From: an uncultured Verrucomicrobiae bacterium
Lineage (GTDB): Bacteria; Chlamydiota; Chlamydiia; Chlamydiales; JAFEGQ01
Length of the DNA: 64,000 bases
NCBI GenBank assembly: GCA_963739345.1
Contig: CAVUAA010000001.1
Coordinates: 859,749 to 923,748 of the forward strand
Direction of reading: 5' to 3'
In this document: one piece after another, positions 9,192-18,298 of the stretch
Numbering within the stretch: position 1 is the stretch's first letter
Layout of the letters: the number at the start of each line of letters is the position of its first letter
Program-made: the position numbers and the translations under genes
The notes under the pieces: generated by a model
Seen by the model: only the letters and a program-made list of their open reading frames with translations
Told to the model about the DNA's origin: nothing
Databases searched by the model: none

Positions 9192-11334
9192 GAATGATTA
9201 GGTGATCGACTAGCTCGGCATGAGGAATGCCAACGCGGGCGAGCGCTTGTGGGTAGGGACTGAACGGAGTGCAGCCGGGAAAGGGGTTGATCTCGTTAAG
9301 AATTGGATTCCCCTGCTCGTCGACGAACCAGTCGATCCGGCAGAGGCCGCGACAGGCGAGGGCGGAGAAGAGCTGTTTGGAGAGTTGCTGCAGCTCAGCC
9401 GCGCACGGCAGATCGGGAGAAAAATCGACCGGGTTGCCGGTGGCAGTGTATTTCCCTTCAAAGGTGTGAACGTTGTCGCCGGCCAGTATCTCAAATGGCG
9501 GCGCGGCGAAGAGTTCCGTGGTCTCAAGAAGTGCCACTTCTACTTGACGGCCCCGGATCATCGGTTCAATGATCAGACGATCGTCGATGGCAAACACCTC
9601 TTCAATCGCCGCAAGGAGATCCTCCGCCCGATCGACCCGGATAACGCCAAACGTGGAACCTTGATGGGCCGCTTTGACGAAGACCGGATAGGCCTCTACT
9701 TCAACCGATCCGTCCCAATACTTGCGACGAAGGTCGATAAACGGTGCAGTGGGAATGCCAAGCCCCTGTGCAACGTATTTGGTGAGCGCCTTGTCCATCG
9801 CGACTGCACCGGCGGCAATTCCACATCCCACATAGGGAACCTCGAGCGCCTCAAGGAGACCCGCGGCGGTTCCGTCCTCTCCGTGCGGCCCGTGCAAGCA
9901 GGGGATCACCACATCGGCCTTCTGAATCGCTTGCAGAGGCCACTCGCTCACATCATATCGCTCAACCGAGTAGAGCTCTGCTCGCAAGTTTTTCTCAAAG
10001 AAATCGGCTGACATCTTTGAGACCTCACTCTCAAGCGATTTTCCTCCACAGAGCAGCGCTACTCTCAACGGCGCAGGTTCAAATGGCGTCGCCCAGCGGG
10101 TGATGTCGCCAGCGCCCATCATGACGACTACATCTGTCGGACGCACCTCTATCGCCGAACGGTCGGGAGCGTAGCGGGCGGGCGGGTGGCGCGCAAGCAG
10201 CGCCTGCGCATCTACTCCTTCAATCGGTGCCTCTCCCGCACTGTAGACATCGGTGATGTACATCTCATCCGCCGCATCAAAGACAAACTGATCAAGACAC
10301 TTTTGTAACCTGGAGTAGCGATGGGGTTGAAAAACAGCGATCAGCCTGCGCGGACCTATCGCAGCCCGAATCCCCTCCAACGTCGTCGCCACCTCAGTTG
10401 GATGATGAGCGTAGTCATCGATGACCAGCACGCCCCCCCTCTCCCCTTTCACTTGGCACCGCCGTCCGACACCCGGAAATGAGGCCAACCCGCTTCGCAC
10501 TGCCTCTTCATCAACACCAAGTGAGAGCGCAAGCGCCAATACACCCGCTCCGTTGAGCGCATTGTGCTCTCCCAACGCTTGAACCGTGACATCGGTGAAC
10601 GCTTCTCCCTCAATCACCGCATCAAACGTCGTTGAAAATCCCTTCGCACGAATGTTCTTTGCATTGTAGGAGGTCCCCTTCGGCTTTCGTTTGCTGAGCC
10701 ATGCATCGTTTGCACACCAGAACAGTTTTTCGCTTTGCGCAAAAAACTGTTCATAGGCCGCCCACATTGCCTTTTCATCGCCGTAGTGATCGAGATGATC
10801 GGCTTCCACTCCCGTCACAATCGCCGCATGCGGCCGATACTTAGTGAAAGTCCCATCGCTCTCATCCGCTTCTGCCACAAAGTACTTGCCAGTTCCATGC
10901 CGTCCGTTTCGCTCGAGCCCTGGCAGCACCCCCCCAATCGCAAAAGCGGGATCTAACCCCGCCTCCATTAACACCCACGCCAGCATCGCCGACGTCGTCG
11001 TTTTCCCATGAGTGCCCGTCACCGCCAACACCTCAAACCCTTGCATCAGCTCACACAAAAGATCGGCCCGATGCACCGTCCTGCACCCCAAAGCCTTCGC
11101 CTTTTGAAACTCGACATTGTCCGGCTGAACCGCTGAGCTATAGATGACAGTCGCACCCGCAACCAGCTGCTCCCCTGCTTGTGCCGTGTCGACAGCCGCC
11201 CCCTCTTTTCGCAGCGCCGTCACGAGTGCGCTGTCGCGCAGATCGCTCCCACTCACCTCCATCTTCTGATCGAGCATCACCCTTGCGAGTGCGCTCATTC
11301 CAATGCCGCCGATGCCGATGAAGTGATAAGTCAT
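9166..11334 (-). CDS. murC: bifunctional UDP-N-acetylmuramate--L-alanine ligase / D-alanine--D-alanine ligase (MurC-Ddl fusion)
   Basis: 722 aa. The N-terminal half has the Mur ligase motifs GIGGIGMSALA and GTHGKTTTSAML. The C-terminal half is Ddl-like (VALLCGGKSLESEVS...LHGPHGEDGTAAGLLEALEVPYVGCG...EINPFPG). This fusion is a hallmark of Chlamydiae. Confidence 0.93.
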   Translation of the reverse strand: MTYHFIGIGGIGMSALARVMLDQKMEVSGSDLRDSALVTALRKEGAAVDTAQAGEQLVAGATVIYSSAVQPDNVEFQKAKALGCRTVHRADLLCELMQGFEVLAVTGTHGKTTTSAMLAWVLMEAGLDPAFAIGGVLPGLERNGRHGTGKYFVAEADESDGTFTKYRPHAAIVTGVEADHLDHYGDEKAMWAAYEQFFAQSEKLFWCANDAWLSKRKPKGTSYNAKNIRAKGFSTTFDAVIEGEAFTDVTVQALGEHNALNGAGVLALALSLGVDEEAVRSGLASFPGVGRRCQVKGERGGVLVIDDYAHHPTEVATTLEGIRAAIGPRRLIAVFQPHRYSRLQKCLDQFVFDAADEMYITDVYSAGEAPIEGVDAQALLARHPPARYAPDRSAIEVRPTDVVVMMGAGDITRWATPFEPAPLRVALLCGGKSLESEVSKMSADFFEKNLRAELYSVERYDVSEWPLQAIQKADVVIPCLHGPHGEDGTAAGLLEALEVPYVGCGIAAGAVAMDKALTKYVAQGLGIPTAPFIDLRRKYWDGSVEVEAYPVFVKAAHQGSTFGVIRVDRAEDLLAAIEEVFAIDDRLIIEPMIRGRQVEVALLETTELFAAPPFEILAGDNVHTFEGKYTATGNPVDFSPDLPCAAELQQLSKQLFSALACRGLCRIDWFVDEQGNPILNEINPFPGCTPFSPYPQALARVGIPHAELVDHLIIHALRYAQT

Positions 11335-12410
11335 GAATCCAATTCTAGGTGGTTGAGGATCGTGGTGTAAAGGTCGGTCTCTGGCTCGGGTGCGGAAGGA
11401 GGGTTTAGGGGGGTGTCGAGGGCGGCGAGAAGACGCTCTTCAGTGAGGTCTGTTTCGAGGATTTTGAGGGCGCCACCCCACGAGACTGCGCAGTCAGCAT
11501 TGGCGTTTTGATGGTCGTCAGCTGCATGAGGGTAGGGAATGAGGATGGCCGAGATGCGGTAGGCGAGGTGCTCGGCGATGGAGGAGGCACCAGCGCGCAT
11601 GATGACACGATCGGCAGCAGACCAGACGAGGGGCATGCGGGTTTCAAAGGGGACGACGTGCGCAGGAAAAGGATAATGGGGAAGCGGGTTGCCGTGGCCG
11701 GTGAGGTGGATCACTTGGATGTTTGGGCGGGTAGAGAGGGCGGCGTGGGCGATCTGATTCAGACGAACGGCTCCTTGCGAGCCGCCGAGGACGGCGATGG
11801 TGGTGCGGTCGGGTTCGAGGCCTAGGGCGATGCGGGCAGCTTGAGGGGTGTGGGATTCGATGGGGCGGAGGGGAAGGGGGATGTGGATCCCATTATCGAT
11901 GGGAGTATTGGGAAACTGAACACCAGTGAAGAGGGCCCGTTTGGCGAAAAGGCGGTTGACAAGACCGGGAGTGGCATTCCCTTCGTGGAGAATGATGGGG
12001 GTGCGACCGAGGGTGGCAGCGAGAAGGACCGGGAATGTATGGAAGCTTCCAAACCCAACCACCAGATCGGGTTTGAAGGACGAGAGAACTCCTAAGCTTT
12101 GGAGGGTGCCATTTGCAATGCGCAGAGGCTTGCGCGGGCGACCGGAGGGGACCTCGACGAAACGGAACTCGCCGCGGGCAAAGAAGGGCTTGTCGGTTAG
12201 CCCGCCGGCGACAAAGAGAATTTCAGGGCTAGAGGGATGCGCCTGAAGCTGGCGTGCCAACGCCTGTGCGGGAATCAGATGCCCCCCAGTCCCCCCTGCT
12301 GTGATGACGATCCGAACAGCGACCGAGGGGTCAGGCCTGACAATTGGACATTTGCTGGCAAATGTCCAATTGTCAGGCCTGACCCCATCGCTGCTCTTCT
12401 TTTTTCCCAT
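11331..12410 (-). CDS. murG: UDP-N-acetylglucosamine--N-acetylmuramyl-(pentapeptide) pyrophosphoryl-undecaprenol GlcNAc transferase
   Basis: ITAGGTGGHLIPAQALARQL motif and dcw context. The first ~28 codons include 20 codons supplied by the 60-bp palindrome at 12327-12386. No alternative start codon lies between the palindrome and the GGTGGH motif. Confidence 0.88.
   Translation of the reverse strand: MGKKKSSDGVRPDNWTFASKCPIVRPDPSVAVRIVITAGGTGGHLIPAQALARQLQAHPSSPEILFVAGGLTDKPFFARGEFRFVEVPSGRPRKPLRIANGTLQSLGVLSSFKPDLVVGFGSFHTFPVLLAATLGRTPIILHEGNATPGLVNRLFAKRALFTGVQFPNTPIDNGIHIPLPLRPIESHTPQAARIALGLEPDRTTIAVLGGSQGAVRLNQIAHAALSTRPNIQVIHLTGHGNPLPHYPFPAHVVPFETRMPLVWSAADRVIMRAGASSIAEHLAYRISAILIPYPHAADDHQNANADCAVSWGGALKILETDLTEERLLAALDTPLNPPSAPEPETDLYTTILNHLELDS
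12327..12386. repeat. 60-bp near-perfect palindrome (29-nt arms, 2-nt centre) carrying two GTCAGGCCTGAC cores
   Basis: GGGGTCAGGCCTGACAATTGGACATTTGC-TG-GCAAATGTCCAATTGTCAGGCCTGACCCC. It shares the GGGGTCAGGCCTGAC terminus with the element at 34043-34163. Confidence 0.9.
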
Positions 12411-13473
12411 CCACCTCCAAGATTAGCGCAAGGGCGATGATATTAGCCATGAGAGAGGAGCCCCCCTGGCTGAAAAAAGGAAGGTTGAGTCCTTTGGGGG
12501 GCATAATGCCGGAGACGACGCCAAGGTTGAGAAAGGCTTGAATGGCGATGAGGGAGGTAAGGGTAACGGCGAGATAGAACCCGGCGGGGTCGCGGGCGCG
12601 GCAGGCGATCCGGTAGCCGAGGAGGGCGAAGAACATGTAGAGGAGAATGAGGGCGAGGACGCCAACAAGGCCACTCTCTTCGGCGTAGACGGCCGCAATG
12701 TAGTCGTTCTGCGCTTCGGGCAAGTAGGTGAGCTTCTGCATGCTCTGGCCAAGGCCGCGCCCAAGGATGCCGCCGGCGCCAGCGGCGATTTTTGCTTGAT
12801 GCGGTTGGTGCCCTTTGCCGAGCAGGTCAAGCTCGGGATGCATATAGACCTGCATCCGCTTCTGCACATAGGGAAGCTGCCAGGCGGCAAGAGCGCCAAG
12901 CAGCGCAAGGGCCACCATGGGAGCGAGCCAGTAGCGCCCCTTGACGCCGGTGATGAGGCAGACGACCACAAGGGCGGAGGCGATGATGGCGGTGGTCCCG
13001 TTGTCGGGCTCGAGCATGATCAGGGCGAGTGGAACGGCGGCAAGAGCAGCAAAGCGAGCGAAACGAAGCCAAGTGAGCTCAGCACCAGCGAGGGTGTGGA
13101 TGGCAAAGAGGGGAAGAAAGATCTTGACGAATTCGGAAGGTTGGACGGTGAGGCCGGCGGCGCCGATCCACCGCCTAGCGCCGTTACGGACGACGCCAAT
13201 GCCAGGAACAAAGACGAGGGCGAGCAGGACGCAGAGGACGATCATGATCCCAAAGCTGTGATCAAGGAGGGTCCGGTAGCCGATGAAGCGGAGCAAGAGG
13301 CCGGCCCCTAGGCCGAGCAGCGCGTAGATCAACTGACGGGTGACGGCGGCGTGGGTACTCACCTTGAGATGACGATCGATGACGTCGGCCGACGAGGTAT
13401 TGAACACCATCACCAAGCCGATCGCAAAGATGACCACTGCGCAGATGAGAAGGAGGTATCGACTCCTGATCAC
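12373..13473 (-). CDS. ftsW: SEDS-family peptidoglycan glycosyltransferase FtsW
   Basis: 366-aa polytopic membrane protein with SEDS motifs (QPSEFVK, LPEAQNDYIAAVYAEE, PFFSQGGSS). It lies between murD/LysM and murG. Its stop codon TGA lies inside the palindromic element. Confidence 0.88.
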   Translation of the reverse strand: MIRSRYLLLICAVVIFAIGLVMVFNTSSADVIDRHLKVSTHAAVTRQLIYALLGLGAGLLLRFIGYRTLLDHSFGIMIVLCVLLALVFVPGIGVVRNGARRWIGAAGLTVQPSEFVKIFLPLFAIHTLAGAELTWLRFARFAALAAVPLALIMLEPDNGTTAIIASALVVVCLITGVKGRYWLAPMVALALLGALAAWQLPYVQKRMQVYMHPELDLLGKGHQPHQAKIAAGAGGILGRGLGQSMQKLTYLPEAQNDYIAAVYAEESGLVGVLALILLYMFFALLGYRIACRARDPAGFYLAVTLTSLIAIQAFLNLGVVSGIMPPKGLNLPFFSQGGSSLMANIIALALILEVDGKKEEQRWGQA

Positions 13474-14126
13474 TAGCGGACGCGAATCTTGTCGCCGGGC
13501 TTCAATTTGCGAGCGGTGTTCTCATTGAGATCGTTCAGAGCAAGGAGCTCATCGAGAGGAATCCGGTACTTCATCGCAATCGACCACGGGTTATCGCCGC
13601 TCCGAATGGTGTAAAAGTCAGCCTCTTTAGTCGCTACCTTCGCGGTGTCGGAGGAGATGCGTCGACGGCGGATGCCATCTTTCTTTGCCAATGGGACACG
13701 GAGCTTCTGTCCAATTTGGAGAACAGTCGACGAGAGGCTGTTCGCATCCATGATCGATTCTACCGACGAGTCGTTGGCGCGGGCGATCTTGTCGAGTGAG
13801 TCTCCTTTCTTAACAGCCACCTCGACAAAATTGGGCTCTTCAATAACGGGAGCTGCTGTTTTAACGGCGGGGGTGGCAATGACGAGCGGCTCTGAAGCCT
13901 GCAGCTCGGCAAGCACCTGATCAACTTCATCGCCGACGACATAGCGCTTAGCGATGTCAGGCGCGGTCTTGACGGGGGCGCGCAACGTAACCGGCGGGGC
14001 GATCGGTTCGGCCTGAACCAGTGTTTGGCTTGTTCTCTTGTCCCCGCTCACTGCGGTAGCAAAGAGGACCACGAGGAGTCCCACATTGATCAGGACTGCA
14101 ATAAGGATGGTGTCACGCCGACTCAT
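13473..14126 (-). CDS. membrane-anchored protein with two LysM domains (occupies the NlpD position of the chlamydial dcw cluster)
   Basis: N-terminal TM helix (ILIAVLINVGLLVVLFATAV). Two LysM-like repeats: VAVKKGDSLDKIARANDSSVESIMDANSLSSTVLQIGQKLRVP and YTIRSGDNPWSIAMKYRIPLDELLALNDLNENTARKLKPGDKIRV. No M23 peptidase HxxxD/HxH motifs were seen. Confidence 0.75.
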   Translation of the reverse strand: MSRRDTILIAVLINVGLLVVLFATAVSGDKRTSQTLVQAEPIAPPVTLRAPVKTAPDIAKRYVVGDEVDQVLAELQASEPLVIATPAVKTAAPVIEEPNFVEVAVKKGDSLDKIARANDSSVESIMDANSLSSTVLQIGQKLRVPLAKKDGIRRRRISSDTAKVATKEADFYTIRSGDNPWSIAMKYRIPLDELLALNDLNENTARKLKPGDKIRVR

Positions 14127-14140
14127 GCTTTTTAGTCTCC

Positions 14141-15307
14141 TTATAACTGATTAACCAGCTCCCTAAATCTGTCTCCGCGAGCTGCATAATTCTCAAACAT
14201 ATCGAAGCTTGCGCAGCCCGGGCTGAGAAGCACAATCGTACCCGGTTCTGCCTTTTCCCGCGCACTTTCCACCGCCTCTTCGAATGTTTGGCAGTGAGAG
14301 AGCGAACAGTGACCGTCTAATGCACTTGCAATCTGCTCGGCAGCCTCACCAATAATACAACAATGGGAGACTTTGTCGCTAAAGAGAGTCGCCCATCCGT
14401 CGTAGCTCTCCCCTTTTCCTCTGCCGCCGGCGATGAGAACGATGGGGCCTGGCAACCCTTCAACGGCACGTTTAGTCGCGGCGACGTTAGTCCCCTTGCT
14501 GTCGTTGATGAAGGTGATCCCACCTACCTCTCTCACTGATTCAAGGCGATGTGGGGGCTTTTTGAAGGTGTCCCACGCTTCGTCGAACACCTCAAGTCCC
14601 ACCCCAAGCGCTTGGCAGAGTGCATAGGCCGCCAGCCCATTTTCGACGTCGGGACTCACTGTCTTGCTATAGCAGAGCGGATGAAACGTTTCGACAGCGG
14701 AGAGGTCAAACTGGGAGGCGAGTCCCTCTGGTGCGAACAGCGGCGCCCCTGGCTTAAGGGAGCTGGCAATGCGCAGCTTCGCCTTTGCATACGATTCAAG
14801 CGAGCCGTGACGATCGAGATGATCTGGAGTAATATTGAGGATGACAGCGGCATCGAGTACTTTCGATTCGAGCGTTTCAAGCTGATAAGAGCTGAGCTCA
14901 ATGACGGCGATCTCGTCATGCTCGAGATGGGAGACCCCTTCGGTAAGCGGAGTGCCGACGTTTCCAAGCGCCCGCGCCTTCTTGCCGGCCACTTTAAGTA
15001 CATGTGTGACCAACAGCGTGGTGGTGGTCTTTCCGTTGGTGCCGGTGATGCCCACCGCCCGATTGGTAAGGTAGCGGCAGGCGAGCTCCACCTCACCGAT
15101 CACTTCAATCCCCGCCTCCCTCGCCGCCCGCACCAGTCTGTGCGTAGGCGGCACTCCCGGAGAGAGCACGGCCAACTCAAAGTTCATCTCTTGAGGCATC
15201 TCGGGAGCTGTCTTGTCGTCGAAACAGACCACGTCGTAGCCGTGCTCCTTCAAAAATCTTGCGGCGCTCTGGCCGCTAATTCCCATTCCGATGACTAGTG
15301 CTTTCAT
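14141..15307 (-). CDS. murD: UDP-N-acetylmuramoylalanine--D-glutamate ligase
   Basis: Mur ligase P-loop GITGTNGKTTTTLL, the DHLDRHGS motif, and its position between mraY and ftsW. Confidence 0.88.
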   Translation of the reverse strand: MKALVIGMGISGQSAARFLKEHGYDVVCFDDKTAPEMPQEMNFELAVLSPGVPPTHRLVRAAREAGIEVIGEVELACRYLTNRAVGITGTNGKTTTTLLVTHVLKVAGKKARALGNVGTPLTEGVSHLEHDEIAVIELSSYQLETLESKVLDAAVILNITPDHLDRHGSLESYAKAKLRIASSLKPGAPLFAPEGLASQFDLSAVETFHPLCYSKTVSPDVENGLAAYALCQALGVGLEVFDEAWDTFKKPPHRLESVREVGGITFINDSKGTNVAATKRAVEGLPGPIVLIAGGRGKGESYDGWATLFSDKVSHCCIIGEAAEQIASALDGHCSLSHCQTFEEAVESAREKAEPGTIVLLSPGCASFDMFENYAARGDRFRELVNQL

Positions 15308-15311
15308 ATGC

Positions 15312-16418
15312 CTACTGAAATTTCAATGACGCTAGACCGACCATAGCTAATACAAGCCCAACAATCCAGAAGCGGAGAACAACTTTTGTCTCCGGCCACC
15401 CTTTGTACTCAAAATGGTGGTGCAAAGGGGCGCACAGAAAAACTCTTTTGCCGCTGCGAAGCTTGTAGCTGCCCACCTGAATGATCACAGAAAGCGCTTC
15501 GATTACAAACACACACCCCACTAAACCGAGCAAAAACTCCCGACGCAAGAGAACAGCCGAGACGCCAAGCACAGCCCCCAACGCAAGCGATCCGGTGTCC
15601 CCCATGAACACTTGGGCTGGGTAGCCATTGTACCATAAAAAGCCCACACAGCCCCCTACTAGGGCGGCGAGATAAATAGCCACCTCGCCACTCCCCTCCA
15701 CATAGAGGATGTGAAGGTAGCGGGAGATCTCAAGGTTGTTGGAGAGGAAGGCGATGCCGGCGAAGGTGGCGCCAACCAAAACCAGCGCTCCGGCCGCCAA
15801 CCCATCGAGCCCATCAGTCAGATTGACCGCATTCGAAGCACCGGTCACCACAAATGCTGTCCACAGGACAAAAACGACGCTTCCAAGCACCAACACCGGA
15901 CTCTTGAAAAAGGGAAGGTAGAGGAGCCGGATGTAGGAGGGAAATTCAGAAAAGTTAAGGAGGTAGATGGCCAGAGCTGCGGCAAATAGCCCTTGAATGA
16001 GCAGCTTCTTCTTGCCGGCCAATCCTTTCGCGCTCCGCTCCCGCAACTTCATCGCATCGTCGACAGCACCAAGCCCCCCCATGCAGATGGTGGTGAGTGC
16101 CAAAATCCATGTGAACGGACTGGTCAAATCCATCCACAACACCAGCGACACCAGCATCGACGCCAAAATCAGTAGACCGCCCATGGTAGGCGTGTCCTTC
16201 TTCTTCTTGTGGAGCTCGCCTAGCATCGGACACTCGTCCATCCGGATTGGCTGTCCGATCTTCAGCTCATAGAGTTTCTTGATAAAGCGGGGGCCAAGAC
16301 CGATGCAGAGGATGAGAGCGGTGAGAGAGGCGAGCGCCATCCGGGTGGATGAGTAGAGGAAGGCACTCGGAACGTGCACCTCGAGCGACTCCAACCAGTG
16401 GATGACAAAAAAAATCAC
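15312..16418 (-). CDS. mraY: phospho-N-acetylmuramoyl-pentapeptide transferase
   Basis: MraY motifs are present: GQPIRMDECPMLGELHKKKKDTPTMGGLLIL, NAVNLTDGLDGLA, FMGDTGSLALG. The track ORF extends to 16535 and overlaps murF. I prefer the GTG at 16418, which forms a GTGA overlap with the murF stop and still includes the conserved N-terminal helix. Confidence 0.85.
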   Translation of the reverse strand: MIFFVIHWLESLEVHVPSAFLYSSTRMALASLTALILCIGLGPRFIKKLYELKIGQPIRMDECPMLGELHKKKKDTPTMGGLLILASMLVSLVLWMDLTSPFTWILALTTICMGGLGAVDDAMKLRERSAKGLAGKKKLLIQGLFAAALAIYLLNFSEFPSYIRLLYLPFFKSPVLVLGSVVFVLWTAFVVTGASNAVNLTDGLDGLAAGALVLVGATFAGIAFLSNNLEISRYLHILYVEGSGEVAIYLAALVGGCVGFLWYNGYPAQVFMGDTGSLALGAVLGVSAVLLRREFLLGLVGCVFVIEALSVIIQVGSYKLRSGKRVFLCAPLHHHFEYKGWPETKVVLRFWIVGLVLAMVGLASLKFQ

Positions 16419-17695
16419 AAAACCTCGACAAACTCTTCCATTGCATAGACGCGCGATCCCTTGACCAGGACCACATCGCCTGGCTGGACCACTTCGCCCA
16501 AGTACTTTGCCAGCTCGTCCCGTTCCATGCACCACTTGATGTCACGCCCCTCCCGATGCCACACCTCAAACGCAGGAGCGAGGTGCTCGCCGAGACAGAT
16601 GAGATGATCGACCCTTCCAAGCGCGTGCTCGGCCACCTGTCTGTGCGCCTCAGCCTCCAAATCCCCCAATTCACCGATGCCCCCAAAGACAACAATCCGT
16701 CGCCCCCCATCCTCCGGCTCGGGGAGGCTATCGAGAGCGGCACACACCGACAATGTGCAAGCATTGTAGGTGTCGTCGACGATGGTGATTCCGTTCCGAA
16801 TCTGAACTTCAAACCGCTGTGCAGGCAAATCGAGCTCACCAATCCCCTCTTCGATCTGCCGCCACCCAAGTCCAAGCGCTCGCGCCGCCGCAGCTGCCGC
16901 CAGCAGATTGTGGAGGCAATGACGAAGAGGGACCGCCCAGTCGCACTCCACCACTGGGCTCCCCCCTTCAAAGATCTGCACCCGTTGACCATCCACGCGT
17001 CCATAAAAATCTGCCTCGCGCGTCCTAGTCGAATAGCTCCGCTTCGGGCATGCCCCTGCCTCCATCAAAAAACCGCTAAAGGGTGAATCGAGCGGAATGA
17101 TCCCAAGCTTCGCCTGCTCAAAGATCTCCCCTTTCGCCTTGGCGATTCCCTCAATCCCCTCCTGAAAAAATCCGACATGAACAAGGGCAATATTAGTCAC
17201 CACAGCAATATCGGGCGGTGCGATCTCACTCAGTCGCCGGATCTCCCCTGGGCCGGTCATCCCCATCTCGAGGATGACGATCTCCTCATCCCCCTTCGCT
17301 TCCAAAATTGAGAGAGGCAATCCCACCTGACTGTTCCGATTGCCGCGTGAAAAATGGACTCGCCGATGAGCGGCCAGCAACTTCACCAAAAAATTGCGCG
17401 TCGTCGTCTTCCCCACCGAACCGGTGATAGCGACCACTTTCGCACTCATCCCCGCCAGCTTCGCCTGTGCCGCCTCTTGCAAGGCTCCGAGCACATTGTC
17501 AACGACCAGCTGCTCAATCTCCACATCAACTTTTCGCTCGACCAACGCCGCCGCCGCTCCGTTTGCTGCCGCCTCCGCAACATAGTCGTGCCCGTCAACC
17601 CGCTCACCTTTAAGGGCGCAGTAGAGATCGCCCGGCTTCACCTCCCGGCTATCCGTCACCACTCTCGAAGCACTACAAATTCGCTCTAATGTCAC
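16415..17695 (-). CDS. murF: UDP-N-acetylmuramoyl-tripeptide--D-alanyl-D-alanine ligase
   Basis: Mur ligase P-loop ITGSVGKTTTRNFL and its position as the first Mur gene of the cluster upstream of mraY. Confidence 0.88.
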   Translation of the reverse strand: MTLERICSASRVVTDSREVKPGDLYCALKGERVDGHDYVAEAAANGAAAALVERKVDVEIEQLVVDNVLGALQEAAQAKLAGMSAKVVAITGSVGKTTTRNFLVKLLAAHRRVHFSRGNRNSQVGLPLSILEAKGDEEIVILEMGMTGPGEIRRLSEIAPPDIAVVTNIALVHVGFFQEGIEGIAKAKGEIFEQAKLGIIPLDSPFSGFLMEAGACPKRSYSTRTREADFYGRVDGQRVQIFEGGSPVVECDWAVPLRHCLHNLLAAAAAARALGLGWRQIEEGIGELDLPAQRFEVQIRNGITIVDDTYNACTLSVCAALDSLPEPEDGGRRIVVFGGIGELGDLEAEAHRQVAEHALGRVDHLICLGEHLAPAFEVWHREGRDIKWCMERDELAKYLGEVVQPGDVVLVKGSRVYAMEEFVEVL

Positions 17696-18162
17696 CTAAA
17701 CCAACTGCGTCGTCTGATAAAGTAGCCCCACCACAAGCAGATGATCAAGAGGTGGATGAGGGCGGCAATAATCCGCCCAACGATAAGACCCGCCGGCATT
17801 TCTGCCAACGAGGAACCTACGATAAACATGACGATCCAGATGACGATGCCGACAAACTGCAGAAGAAACAGCAGATAGGTGAGCCAAAGGCCCCACACCC
17901 ACCTCCCCCACACCCCAATGCCAGACAAAATCAGGAGAGAGCTCGAGACCAAAGTCCAAATGCTGACCGACATTGGGATCTGCACAGCCCCGGCGCCAGC
18001 CGTAGCCAGCAAACCCATCACTCCGTAGATCAACCCAATAATGCCAAACACAATGGCCAGAACAATATATATCTGACCCCAAACAAATCCGCGCGACAAC
18101 TGACCTGGCTTCTGTTCCATTATTCCCACCCCCAATTCACCTTTTAGATTCTCTCCCTCCAC
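17692..18162 (-). CDS. small polytopic membrane protein, unknown function
   Basis: About four hydrophobic helices. Its end overlaps the murF start by 4 nt, which suggests co-transcription. No family was recognised. Confidence 0.5.
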   Translation of the reverse strand: MEGENLKGELGVGIMEQKPGQLSRGFVWGQIYIVLAIVFGIIGLIYGVMGLLATAGAGAVQIPMSVSIWTLVSSSLLILSGIGVWGRWVWGLWLTYLLFLLQFVGIVIWIVMFIVGSSLAEMPAGLIVGRIIAALIHLLIICLWWGYFIRRRSWFR

Positions 18163-18216
18163 CTGTCAAATGAATTGATCAAAATCCCCCCTCTCCCTAT
18201 TCTTCCCATTAACTAA

Positions 18217-18287
18217 GGTGGCATGGCCAAGTGGTAAGGCAGGGGCCTGCAAAGCCCCCATCCCCAGTTCGAATCTGGGTGCCACCT
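18217..18287 (+). tRNA. tRNA-Cys (GCA)
   Basis: 71-nt cloverleaf. Acceptor stem GGTGGCA/TGCCACC, anticodon arm GGGGC-CTGCAAA-GCCCC, T-arm CCCCAGTTCGAATCTGGG. Confidence 0.92.
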
Positions 18288-18298
18288 AACAAAAATAG

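Noticed and set aside
9220-10011. 263-aa plus-strand ORF (plus several 60-110-aa ORFs) antisense to murC/ddl
   Set aside because: It has no motifs and its composition is typical of antisense high-GC frames. The minus strand carries a full-length MurC-Ddl.
12538-13311. 257-aa plus-strand ORF and the 182-aa out-of-frame minus-strand ORF (12423-12971) overlapping ftsW
   Set aside because: Gly/Glu/Asp- or Pro/Ser-rich nonsense composition. FtsW motifs occupy the real frame.
14549-15298. 249-aa plus-strand ORF antisense to murD
   Set aside because: The same reasoning applies. MurD ligase motifs are on the minus strand.
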